Source of the DNA: Candidatus Micrarchaeia archaeon
Lineage (GTDB): Archaea; Micrarchaeota; Micrarchaeia; CABMEP01
Reading direction: 5' to 3'
Length of the DNA: 64,000 nucleotides
NCBI GenBank assembly: GCA_038881595.1
Contig: JAVZPM010000002.1
Span: 59,254-123,253, forward strand
This document shows positions 9,377 through 18,345 of this stretch, in pieces (position 1 is the stretch's first letter; every line of letters begins with the position of its first letter). The notes under the pieces are model-generated. The model ran no database searches. It worked only from the letters and a program-made list of their open reading frames with translations, and was not told where the DNA came from. A program made the position numbers and the translations under genes.

Positions 9377-12031
9377 ATGGCAAAAATAAAAGAGGTATAT
9401 CTGTTTAAAGAAGGTTCAAGCAAGATGAGGCAAATACTTGGGGGTAAAGGTTGTGAATTGTCTGAGATGACAAGAATCGGATTGCCAGTTCCACCTGGAA
9501 TTGTAATAACTACAGAACAGTGTCTTATTTATCAGAAGACCAAGAAAATCTCAAAAGATCTTGAAAATAAAATATTTAAAGCACTTTCAAGTGTTGAGAA
9601 GCAAGTTGGTAAGAAGTTTGGAGACGAAAAAAATCCACTTTTAATTTCAGTAAGATCCGGAGCACCAGTTTCAATGCCAGGTATGATGGATACGATTTTA
9701 AATCTAGGATTAAACGATAAGACAGTCATAGGTTTTGCAAAAAATACAAATGAAAGAACAGCTTATGATGCATATAGAAGATTGATACAGATGTTCGGAG
9801 AGGTTGTTCTTGGAATCAAGAAAGAAAAATTTGATAAAATATTTGATTCTGTAAAGGAAGAGCATGGAAGAAAGCAGGATATAGAATTAAGTGTTGATGA
9901 GCTTAAAGAGATAATTTCAAAATACAAGCATCTTGTTCATCAAGAAACTGGAAAGGAATTTCCAGACGATCCAAGAAAGCAGCTTTTAATGGCTGTGGAA
10001 GCAGTGTTTAACTCTTGGAACAATCCAAGAGCGATAACTTACAGAAACTTGTATAATATTCCACACGAGATGGGAACTGCAGTAGTCATCCAAGCAATGG
10101 TGTTTGGAAATAGTGGAGAAAAGAGTGGTACTGGAGTTGCATTTACAAGAAATCCATCAACGGGTGAGAAAAAGCTTTATGGCGAATATCTAATTAATGC
10201 ACAAGGAGAGGATGTAGTTGCAGGAATAAGAACACCACAACCTATAGAAAAAATGAAAAAAGAATTGCCACAGGCCTACAAAGAATTAGAAAAAATAGCA
10301 AAGCTTCTTGAAAAACACTATAGAGAAATGCAGGATATGGAGTTTACAATTGAAAATGGAAAGTTATGGATGCTCCAGACAAGAGCAGGTAAGAGAACTG
10401 CAGCTGCAGCTGTAAAGATTGCAGTAGATATGGTCAAAGAAAAACTAATAACAAAGGAAGAGGCAATAATGAGAGTTTCGCCCTCTCAGATAGATCAGTT
10501 GCTACATAGACAAATAGATCCAAGTGTTAAAGTCAATCCGATTGCAAAAGGATTGCCTGCAAGCCCAGGTGCAGCAACTGGAAAGATTGTATTTACAGCA
10601 GATGAAGCTGCAGAAAAAGGTAAGAAGGAAAAGGTAATTCTTGTTGCAGTTGAAACCACTCCAGATGACATCCATGGTATGATCGCATCTCAAGGAATTC
10701 TTACCAGCAGAGGAGGAATGACTTGTCATGCAGCAGTGGTAGCAAGAGGTCTAGGTCTACCATCAGTTGTAGGATGCGAGGCTGCAAAAGTAGATATCGA
10801 TAAGAAAATACTTACAATAAACGGAAAGGTATTCAAAGAAGGAGATTTGATCACTATTGATGGTTCAACAGGGAATGTGATAGAGGGAGAGGTAAAATTA
10901 GTTGAGCCATCAATCTCAGGTGAATTCGATGTATTTTTGAACTGGTGCGATTCAGTTGCAAGGATGAAAGTAAGAGCGAATGCAGACACTCCTTCTGCTG
11001 CAAAAGGAGCACGCAACTTTGGGGCAAAAGGAATTGGGTTATGCAGAACAGAAAGAATGTTCAACGATCCAGAGAGACTTCCTTTTGTACAAAAGATGAT
11101 TCTCTCAGAGACAGCAGAGGAGAGAAAGAAATGGCTAGCAAAGCTTAAGGAATTTCAGGTTAAGGATTTCTATGAGATTTTCCTTGCAATGGATGGTTTG
11201 CCAGTAACTGTCCGTTTGCTAGATCCACCACTTCATGAATTTCTGCCTAAGCTCGAAGAATTGCTTGCAGAAATAGCAGAACTCAGTTCAAAGAAGGTTG
11301 ATGAAAGAGTTATTGAGGAGAAGCAGGCAATGCTTAAGAAGGTAAGAGAGCTGCAGGAATTCAATCCAATGTTAGGCCATAGAGGATCAAGATTAGGAAT
11401 CACTTATCCAGAGATTTACGAAATGCAAGTCTCTGCAATATTTGAAGCAGTTGCAAGATTAAAGAAAGAGAAAAAGAATCCAATCGTAGAAGTGATGGTT
11501 CCATTGATAGGAAACATCAATGAACTAAAGATATTAAAGCCAATAATAAAGAAGACTGCTGATGAAATATTAGAAAGAGAAAAAGTAAAACTAAATTATA
11601 CGATTGGAACAATGATAGAGATCCCAAGAGCTGCATTAACAGCAGATGAAATAGCACAAGAGGCAGAGTTCTTCTCATTTGGAACCAATGACCTTACTCA
11701 AACAACACTTGGATTTAGCAGAGATGATGCAGAGGCCAAATTCTTGCAGCTTTATCTCAATAAAGGAATTTACAAGTCTAATCCATTTGAAGTAATAGAT
11801 TATGGGGTAGGAAAGCTTGTGGACATGGCAGTTAAGCTTGGAAGATCTACAAGAAAGAACCTTAAGGTCGGAGTATGTGGAGAAACAGGTGGAGAACCTA
11901 CTTCAATCAAATTTTATCATGATGTAGGATTAGATTATGTAAGCTGCTCTCAATACAGAGTTCCAATTGCAAGATTGGCTTGCGCTCAGGCAGCTTTAGC
12001 AGAAAAAATGAAAGTGAAAAATGCAGAATGA
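9377..12031 (+). CDS. ppdK: Pyruvate, phosphate dikinase
   Basis: Full-length match to PPDK architecture: N-terminal ATP-grasp (MAKIKEVYLF...GGKGCELSEMTRIGLPVPPG), central phospho-His domain (TSRGGMTCHAAVVARG), C-terminal PEP-utilizing TIM barrel. Confidence 0.95.
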   Translation: MAKIKEVYLFKEGSSKMRQILGGKGCELSEMTRIGLPVPPGIVITTEQCLIYQKTKKISKDLENKIFKALSSVEKQVGKKFGDEKNPLLISVRSGAPVSMPGMMDTILNLGLNDKTVIGFAKNTNERTAYDAYRRLIQMFGEVVLGIKKEKFDKIFDSVKEEHGRKQDIELSVDELKEIISKYKHLVHQETGKEFPDDPRKQLLMAVEAVFNSWNNPRAITYRNLYNIPHEMGTAVVIQAMVFGNSGEKSGTGVAFTRNPSTGEKKLYGEYLINAQGEDVVAGIRTPQPIEKMKKELPQAYKELEKIAKLLEKHYREMQDMEFTIENGKLWMLQTRAGKRTAAAAVKIAVDMVKEKLITKEEAIMRVSPSQIDQLLHRQIDPSVKVNPIAKGLPASPGAATGKIVFTADEAAEKGKKEKVILVAVETTPDDIHGMIASQGILTSRGGMTCHAAVVARGLGLPSVVGCEAAKVDIDKKILTINGKVFKEGDLITIDGSTGNVIEGEVKLVEPSISGEFDVFLNWCDSVARMKVRANADTPSAAKGARNFGAKGIGLCRTERMFNDPERLPFVQKMILSETAEERKKWLAKLKEFQVKDFYEIFLAMDGLPVTVRLLDPPLHEFLPKLEELLAEIAELSSKKVDERVIEEKQAMLKKVRELQEFNPMLGHRGSRLGITYPEIYEMQVSAIFEAVARLKKEKKNPIVEVMVPLIGNINELKILKPIIKKTADEILEREKVKLNYTIGTMIEIPRAALTADEIAQEAEFFSFGTNDLTQTTLGFSRDDAEAKFLQLYLNKGIYKSNPFEVIDYGVGKLVDMAVKLGRSTRKNLKVGVCGETGGEPTSIKFYHDVGLDYVSCSQYRVPIARLACAQAALAEKMKVKNAE

Positions 12032-12155
12032 ATGATAGATTCAAAATGTTTGATAGATAATTTTTTTGTTTTTGTTTTTTATTTTAGTTATTTTTTTATT
12101 AGTCTTTATCTCTTTTATTTTTTATTTTCTTTCTTTTTTGTTGTCTATTATCTTA

Positions 12156-12923
12156 TTATCTAACGTCTTCGTATTCCTGCTTCGACTTTCCAGTAAGGGT
12201 GTATTTTATTAGATTTGTGGCATGGAAGAAAAAGAACTTCTTGTATCCCCAGTGCTTGAGTCGCCTCGCTGAAGTATATGTTACTGCATCAACAAATCTT
12301 ATCTTTCCTTTTTTCTTTATTCTGTTAAAGAGGTCTATGTCTTCTGCAGTTTTAAGATCAAGATTGAATCCTCCTATTTGATTAAAAGCGTCTTTTCTGA
12401 CAGCCATGTTCATTCCTGCAACAGCAGGCTTTCCAATTAGATCAGTGAATCTTATATAAGGTGTGAATAATCTTGCCAGTATATTATCTATCTTGCTTCC
12501 ATCTCTCATCAAAACTCTTCCATAAACAGCTACAACTTTTTCATCTTTAGAGAATGCATCCGCTATTTTCCTCAACCAATCCTTCTCTGCGATTGTGTCA
12601 GAATCAATAAATGCAATTATCTTTCCTTTAGCTATTTCAGCTCCCTTCTGTCTCTCTGCTGCTGCAGATCTCCTTTTTTCAATTATCACTTTGTCTGCAT
12701 ACTTTCTTGCAATTTCTCTTGTTTTATCTTCGCTGTTTCCGTCGCATACAATTATCTCTAAAGGTTTGTAAGATTGGTTCTTTAACGATTTTAAGCATGA
12801 TTCTATATATTTCTCTTCATTCAATGCAGGAACTACAACACTTATTTCAAGCTTATTATTCGTCTTTCTTTTTTCTTTTTTTTCTTGCACCTTTTCATTA
12901 TCTCTTTTTTTATCTTTTTTCAT
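12156..12923 (-). CDS. Family 2 glycosyltransferase (dolichyl-phosphate sugar transferase-like)
   Basis: ISVVVPALNEEKYI...IIVCDGNSEDKT...IAFIDSDT motifs typical of GT2 (DxD). Confidence 0.8.
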   Translation of the reverse strand: MKKDKKRDNEKVQEKKEKRKTNNKLEISVVVPALNEEKYIESCLKSLKNQSYKPLEIIVCDGNSEDKTREIARKYADKVIIEKRRSAAAERQKGAEIAKGKIIAFIDSDTIAEKDWLRKIADAFSKDEKVVAVYGRVLMRDGSKIDNILARLFTPYIRFTDLIGKPAVAGMNMAVRKDAFNQIGGFNLDLKTAEDIDLFNRIKKKGKIRFVDAVTYTSARRLKHWGYKKFFFFHATNLIKYTLTGKSKQEYEDVR

Positions 12924-12987
12924 TTAGGCACCTTAAAATTTTAAAAGAAAGATCGAATTAAAAATAAATAAAATAAAAACAGAAAAA

Positions 12988-15180
12988 TTAGTCCATAAAG
13001 TCCTTTGCTGTTGGAGGTTCTTTAGGTTCCCCTTTTCTTTCACGGACTTTGGTTACTAATTCGTTCTGCAGTGAAGTTGGAACGAGCTCGTATCCTGCAT
13101 ATTCATGATACCAGATTGCTCTTCCCTGTGATGCAGATCTTAAATCATTGGACATTCCAAATGTCTCTGATACTGGCAGCTTTGCCTTAACAGTGGATAA
13201 GTCTCCTTCCTGTCCAATCTCAAGTATTTCACCACGTCTTCCCTGCAATGCAGTTATTATGTTTCCTGCATATTCCTGTGGTGATTGTACAAGGAATATT
13301 TGCTTAGGTTCCATGAGCCTTACTCCAGAGGTAAGCATGCTTGCATAGATAGGTCTTTTTATTGCAGGCATAATTTGTGCAGGACCTCTGTGTGCAGGAT
13401 CTTCGTGAATTATTGCATCTGTTAACAATACCTTCACACCAACAACCTTTTCTTTTGCAAGAGGTCCCTTATCTACTGCTTCCTCGAATGCCTTGAGCAC
13501 TAATTCCATAATTTCCTGCATGTACTGTACTCCTTTCGTTGCATCCACAAGCACGCATCTGTTCTTTATGTCTAGGACCTTCTTTGCCTGATCTCTTTCC
13601 ATTCCTGCCTCTACAAGCGCATCAACAATAGCCTTTCCTTTAGGTCTTCCCTCAGGAATCTTTCCTTCTACTATTGCATTGTAAACTCCTTCTTCAAGAG
13701 GTTCAACTTTTATCTTGAATTTGTTGTGTTTATTAGGTGATTTTCCTTCAAGTTCAGGCCCTGGTTTGAGTATTGTTTCTCTGTAAACCACGATTGGTGG
13801 TGATGTTTCTATTTCCACTCCTTTCTCCTTTGAAATTTTGTATTCTACAATCTCAAGATGCAGTTCACCCATACCACTTATAAGGTGCTCACCGGTTTCC
13901 TGGTTGATCTCTACTTTAAGGGTTGGGTCTTCTTTTGACATCTGTCTTAGAACTTCAATTAACTTGACAAGATCTTTTGTGTTCTTTGCTTCTATAGACT
14001 TTGTAACTACAGGTTCAGAGTAGTGTTTTATCTGTTCGAATGGTTCAAAGTTCGGATTTTCACTTATTGTTTCTCCAACATAAAGATCTCTCAATCCCAC
14101 TATCGCAGCAATGTTTCCTGCCGGCACTTCTTCTGCAGGGATTCTGTCTGGACCCATGTAAATTCCTACTTGTTGAACCTTTGCTGAAGTGTGTTTTGAT
14201 GCAACAGTTAATTCTGTACCTTTTCTTACTGTTCCGCTGAATATTCTTGCAACTCCTACTTCTCCAGCATGCTTGTCTACAACCACACCGAATATAATTC
14301 CACATACCTTTGCATTAGGGTCAGTATTTAACATTGCCTTTCCATCTTCTGTGTTTAAATCACCGTGCCACAAGATTGGAATTCTATATACTTGTGCCTC
14401 TTGTGGGTTTGGAAGATGTTGGATTACCATTGTAAGAACGACCTCATCTATTGGTGCCTTTTCAACCAATGTTTTGTGATCATTTTTAGTACACAACTCA
14501 TATATATCTGTAAATTTAACTCCCTTTGACTTCATATATGCAAACGATGTAGCCCACTTATTGAAAGCAGATCCGAAAGCAATGTTTCCTTTTTCTACAT
14601 TTATCTTCCATTCATCTTTCTTGTCTGCAGGTGCATATTTGTCTATTAGCTTGTTTATATCTGTAATCAGTTTGACTAGTCTTTCTTGAGTCTGCTGTGG
14701 TGTGTATTTTAACTCATTGATTAATCTATCAATCTTATTAATGAATACTGTTGGCTTTGATTTTTCCTTTAAAGCCTGTCTTAATACCGTTTCGGTTTGA
14801 GGCATAATACCTTCAACTGCGTCTACTACTAAAATAATTCCATCTACCGCTCTCATTGCTCTTGTAACATGACCTCCGAAGTCTACGTGTCCTGGAGTGT
14901 CAATAAGATTGATGACATATGGCTCTCCGTTATACTCAAAACCGAGAGAGATGTTTGCAGATTTAATTGTAATTCCTCTCTTCTGTTCAAGTTCCTCAAA
15001 GTCCATGACTCTCTGTTCTCCTGCAAGCTCTTTGCTAATCAAGCCTGCCCTTGCTACTAGAGAATCTGCTAGTGTTGACTTACCATGATCTACGTGTGCC
15101 ACTATAGCAATGTTTCTCACATACTTTAGATTTTTCATAATTTTCTGTACTTCTTCTACAACTAATTCTTTTCTTACCAT
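12988..15180 (-). CDS. fusA: Translation elongation factor 2 (aEF-2)
   Basis: G domain AHVDHGKSTL, DTPGHVDF, 730 aa; conserved position downstream of S7. Confidence 0.95.
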   Translation of the reverse strand: MVRKELVVEEVQKIMKNLKYVRNIAIVAHVDHGKSTLADSLVARAGLISKELAGEQRVMDFEELEQKRGITIKSANISLGFEYNGEPYVINLIDTPGHVDFGGHVTRAMRAVDGIILVVDAVEGIMPQTETVLRQALKEKSKPTVFINKIDRLINELKYTPQQTQERLVKLITDINKLIDKYAPADKKDEWKINVEKGNIAFGSAFNKWATSFAYMKSKGVKFTDIYELCTKNDHKTLVEKAPIDEVVLTMVIQHLPNPQEAQVYRIPILWHGDLNTEDGKAMLNTDPNAKVCGIIFGVVVDKHAGEVGVARIFSGTVRKGTELTVASKHTSAKVQQVGIYMGPDRIPAEEVPAGNIAAIVGLRDLYVGETISENPNFEPFEQIKHYSEPVVTKSIEAKNTKDLVKLIEVLRQMSKEDPTLKVEINQETGEHLISGMGELHLEIVEYKISKEKGVEIETSPPIVVYRETILKPGPELEGKSPNKHNKFKIKVEPLEEGVYNAIVEGKIPEGRPKGKAIVDALVEAGMERDQAKKVLDIKNRCVLVDATKGVQYMQEIMELVLKAFEEAVDKGPLAKEKVVGVKVLLTDAIIHEDPAHRGPAQIMPAIKRPIYASMLTSGVRLMEPKQIFLVQSPQEYAGNIITALQGRRGEILEIGQEGDLSTVKAKLPVSETFGMSNDLRSASQGRAIWYHEYAGYELVPTSLQNELVTKVRERKGEPKEPPTAKDFMD

Positions 15181-15249
15181 AATACCTACCTTTATATCAA
15201 TATAAATGAGAAAAGCGAGCGAAAGCCCGCATGAAAATAAAAGAAGAAT

Positions 15250-15855
15250 TTATCTTGCGCTTCTTGCCATTCTTTCTGTTTCATCCTTCTTCTTTATTGC
15301 ATAGCTGTTTACATCTCCAGTTGCTGCAAGTATTATTTCATTTGCAAGCGCTTCTGCGAGTGTGGCTTTCTTATCGAAAGATGAAATTATTGCTGCAAGG
15401 CTTATGTTTCTAAGAGCCATGTCCACTCTTCTCTTTGGAGAAACGTCTACTGCAACCTGGTATCTTACTCCTCCGTATTCCACTCTTGTCACATCTTCTC
15501 TTGGAGCGCTGTTTTCTATTGCTTTTATGAGGTACTGGATTGGGTTTTGCTTTGTTTTTTCATGGATGATGTCGAAAGCTTCTTCTACTATTTTTATTAC
15601 TCTTGTCTTTTTGCCTTGCAATTTTCCATGGGTTCTTATGAGCTTTCCTCCTACCTTTTCACCAGTTCCTCCTCTCATCAGCTTGTTTACGAGTCTTTCC
15701 ACTATATTCTTTTCTATTCTTTTCTTTCTTTTTCCAACTCTACCAAAAGTGTGAGGCATTACTGAAGGTCTTAAATTTATGTAATCCTTCATTGTCTCAT
15801 CAGTGATTTGTACATTGTAATCATATTTGTTGAAAAGCTTATCATTGATTTCCAT
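15250..15855 (-). CDS. rps7: 30S ribosomal protein S7 (uS7)
   Basis: Sequence characteristic of archaeal S7; located between S12 and EF-2. Confidence 0.95.
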   Translation of the reverse strand: MEINDKLFNKYDYNVQITDETMKDYINLRPSVMPHTFGRVGKRKKRIEKNIVERLVNKLMRGGTGEKVGGKLIRTHGKLQGKKTRVIKIVEEAFDIIHEKTKQNPIQYLIKAIENSAPREDVTRVEYGGVRYQVAVDVSPKRRVDMALRNISLAAIISSFDKKATLAEALANEIILAATGDVNSYAIKKKDETERMARSAR

Positions 15856-15893
15856 ATTATCACTCTATTAAATTAAATTAAGAGAATAGAAAA

Positions 15894-16316
15894 TCATCTT
15901 CTCGGTTTTTCTTTCTTACCTCTTCTTATCTCTTCAAGAGAAGTATTGTTTACGGCGATCACCTTGTATCTGACGCCAGGAATTGAACCCATCTGTCCTC
16001 TTTGTGATCCACCAAGTCCTTCTACTAAAACTTCATCATGTTCATCTATGTGATTTATCGCTCCGTCTCTGGGTGCGAATGCAGTGATTATCTTTCCATT
16101 CTTTATCAACTGGATCTTTACACATTTGATAAGACCAGAGTGAGGCTGCTTTTGCTCAAGCACTTTCTTTTCTAACACTATTCCTCTTGCTGCATGAGCT
16201 CCCTCGAGAGGATCGTATTTCTCTTTGAGTTTTTCAACCTTTCTTCTCCATGTTTTCTTTAACCATCTGTATTTCTTTCTTTTCTTTAATATATCTCTTC
16301 CAGAGAATTCTCCCAT
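15894..16316 (-). CDS. rps12: 30S ribosomal protein S12 (uS12)
   Basis: Conserved S12 core ([18 protein letters not shown]...[22 protein letters not shown]). Confidence 0.95.
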   Translation of the reverse strand: MGEFSGRDILKKRKKYRWLKKTWRRKVEKLKEKYDPLEGAHAARGIVLEKKVLEQKQPHSGLIKCVKIQLIKNGKIITAFAPRDGAINHIDEHDEVLVEGLGGSQRGQMGSIPGVRYKVIAVNNTSLEEIRRGKKEKPRR

Positions 16317-16528
16317 ATAATTACACCTTATAATGTTTAACAGCTTCAGCTGATAAACTTAAGAACACTCATTTAGAGTGTTATAAGCATAAGTGTATTA
16401 ACATATTAAGCCCGATGCACAGAAAAAGTTCTGTAAGGGCAGCATTGATGAAATTTGAATATATATTAGAGATGATACATAATATATATGTTTGTAGTGT
16501 TTTTAAATCTTATTTTATTACTCTTCAA

Positions 16529-16930
16529 TCATGCTCTTATCTCAATTTTCTTAAAGTTTCTTTCAACAAGTATATTTGCGAGCTTTATTTTATTTCCACC
16601 TCTTCCGATGACATACTTCCTATCTTCAGAGCTAGTTATTATCTTAGCAGTGTTACCTTCTATTACAACATTCACTTTTATAGGTGCAAATATGTTGCTA
16701 ATAAATCTTTCGAGTTCTTCAGACCATTCTACAACTACTATATCTCTTTTAAGTTTCTTTTTAAGACTATTAATCATCTTTCCTCCAGGTCCTATAACCT
16801 TTCCAACATCTCCTTCTGCAACTACTATAGCAAGCGTTTTCCCATCATCATATACATCTCTTATTGCTGCGCGAGTTGCATCCTGAAGGAACATCATCAT
16901 TTTAATGTCTTCATTAGATAGTTTTGTCAT
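16529..16930 (-). CDS. nusA: Archaeal NusA-like protein (two KH domains)
   Basis: Two KH-type GxxG motifs (VIGPGGKMIN, VIGRGGNKIK); conserved position between L30e and S12. Confidence 0.85.
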   Translation of the reverse strand: MTKLSNEDIKMMMFLQDATRAAIRDVYDDGKTLAIVVAEGDVGKVIGPGGKMINSLKKKLKRDIVVVEWSEELERFISNIFAPIKVNVVIEGNTAKIITSSEDRKYVIGRGGNKIKLANILVERNFKKIEIRA

Positions 16931-16953
16931 TAGATCTCCTTTTTTTTTATACT

Positions 16954-17256
16954 TTACTCAGCGATTTTTAGAATCTCTGAATCACCAGGTTCTATTATGG
17001 CCATCATAAGTACAGGAAAAGGTTTTCCAGCTAATGATCCTAACTCTAGTGATGGATAATTCAATTCCTTATAAGGAACTTTGGAATTTTTACATATTTC
17101 TATTATTTCATTCTTCAAATTTTTTGGGCAATTTCCAGCTAAAAGTATAAGCTTTGCATTTCCACGTGCAGCTAGATATTTGCAGGTTCTTGTTCCAAAT
17201 TCTACCTTTCCAGTGTCAACGCATATTCTTATTGATTTTTCAATATCTATATTCAT
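16954..17256 (-). CDS. rpl30e: 50S ribosomal protein L30e (eL30)
   Basis: 100 aa, L30e/L7Ae-fold sequence; conserved position after rpoA''. Confidence 0.9.
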   Translation of the reverse strand: MNIDIEKSIRICVDTGKVEFGTRTCKYLAARGNAKLILLAGNCPKNLKNEIIEICKNSKVPYKELNYPSLELGSLAGKPFPVLMMAIIEPGDSEILKIAE

Positions 17257-17283
17257 ATTTTCACCCTATAGTAAAATCAATTT

Positions 17284-18345
17284 TTATTTAGTTTCATGTT
17301 TCATTGTAAGCTTAACAAGACCAGTTCCTAATGGAACAGGTTGTCCTATTAGTATGTTTTCAGTTACTCCTTTCAATCTATCTTCTTCTCCATTTATTGC
17401 AGCATTAACTAAGTGTTTAACAGTTTCTTCAAATGCTGCTCTTGCAAGAACAGACGGTTTTCTTCCGCTAAGACCATGTCTTCCTACTGAAATAACCTCT
17501 CCATCAACAGTCATCGCGTCCGCAAGAAGACAGATATGTCTTATATCAACATCTGTTTTCTGAATTTTCATAGTAGTATATATCTCATTAACTATTGCAT
17601 TTCTTGCAGCTTCTATTCCAAATAAATTGTAGATTTCAATTATGTCATTTGTAATGGATCTGGTAGGATCTACATATGGTAATTTAAATAATTCTGTAAG
17701 GTTTGATCCTCCTGCAATAATTATCCATTCACCATTTTCATCTTGGGTTACAACTGGTTTTGTTATTCCACTAACACCTTTAATATGTAGATTTTTCAAT
17801 TTATTTGTGAATTTTCTTAACATTCTTAATGGTGTATTTTTGGCTATAAGAAGAACTTTATCAGCTTGATGTTTCATTGTAATGTTAGGTTCTAATTCTG
17901 CCTTTATTTTCTTCTTTACTTGAATCAGATCTATATTTCTTTGCTTTATTTCATTTTTGTCTATCTTTATCAATACTTGTTTCTTTTTAAAGTCTTCAGA
18001 AAAAGTTGCAATATCATTGAGTATAACTTGGTCTATCTCATTTGCTATTTCTTCTACTTTTTTCTTGTCTTTATATTTCTCTTTGAGGTATATCATAACG
18101 ATGGGTTTTTTAGGTTTCTTTTTTGCATCTACTATTTCAATGAGTCTTGGAAGACCAGTTGGTACTGCCTCGACTACACCAGGAAGGTGGAAGGTACGCA
18201 TAGTCATTTGTGTTCCAGGTTCACCTAAGGAATGTGCAGTAAGTATCCCTACTCCTTCTCCAGGGGTTATCATAATATCTTTTTTCTCTTTATCAATATG
18301 CTTTGTCATTATATCACCATTATATTTATTCTTTTTCAGGTACAC
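17284..18345 (-). CDS. rpoA2: DNA-directed RNA polymerase subunit A'' (true start may be the internal Met near 18309)
   Basis: Conserved A''/Rpb1 C-terminal region (PGEGVGILTAHSLGEPGTQMTMRTFH); the first ATG overlaps the rpoA' stop by 20 bp. Confidence 0.9.
   Translation of the reverse strand: MYLKKNKYNGDIMTKHIDKEKKDIMITPGEGVGILTAHSLGEPGTQMTMRTFHLPGVVEAVPTGLPRLIEIVDAKKKPKKPIVMIYLKEKYKDKKKVEEIANEIDQVILNDIATFSEDFKKKQVLIKIDKNEIKQRNIDLIQVKKKIKAELEPNITMKHQADKVLLIAKNTPLRMLRKFTNKLKNLHIKGVSGITKPVVTQDENGEWIIIAGGSNLTELFKLPYVDPTRSITNDIIEIYNLFGIEAARNAIVNEIYTTMKIQKTDVDIRHICLLADAMTVDGEVISVGRHGLSGRKPSVLARAAFEETVKHLVNAAINGEEDRLKGVTENILIGQPVPLGTGLVKLTMKHETK

Noticed and set aside
9190-9408. 72-aa plus-strand ORF upstream of ppdK
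   Set aside because: It overlaps the 5' end of the minus-strand hypothetical gene and the ppdK promoter region; hydrophobic low-complexity translation.
16317-16528. 212-bp gap between nusA and S12 inside the conserved operon as a possible hidden gene
   Set aside because: No ORF of convincing length or composition on either strand; likely an internal promoter or leader for the S12-S7-EF2 unit.
16415-16921. Plus-strand ORFs 16415-16921 and 16488-16886 (168 and 132 aa)
   Set aside because: They are antisense to the well-supported nusA gene and have low-complexity, Phe/Ile/Ser-rich translations typical of AT-rich antisense frames.
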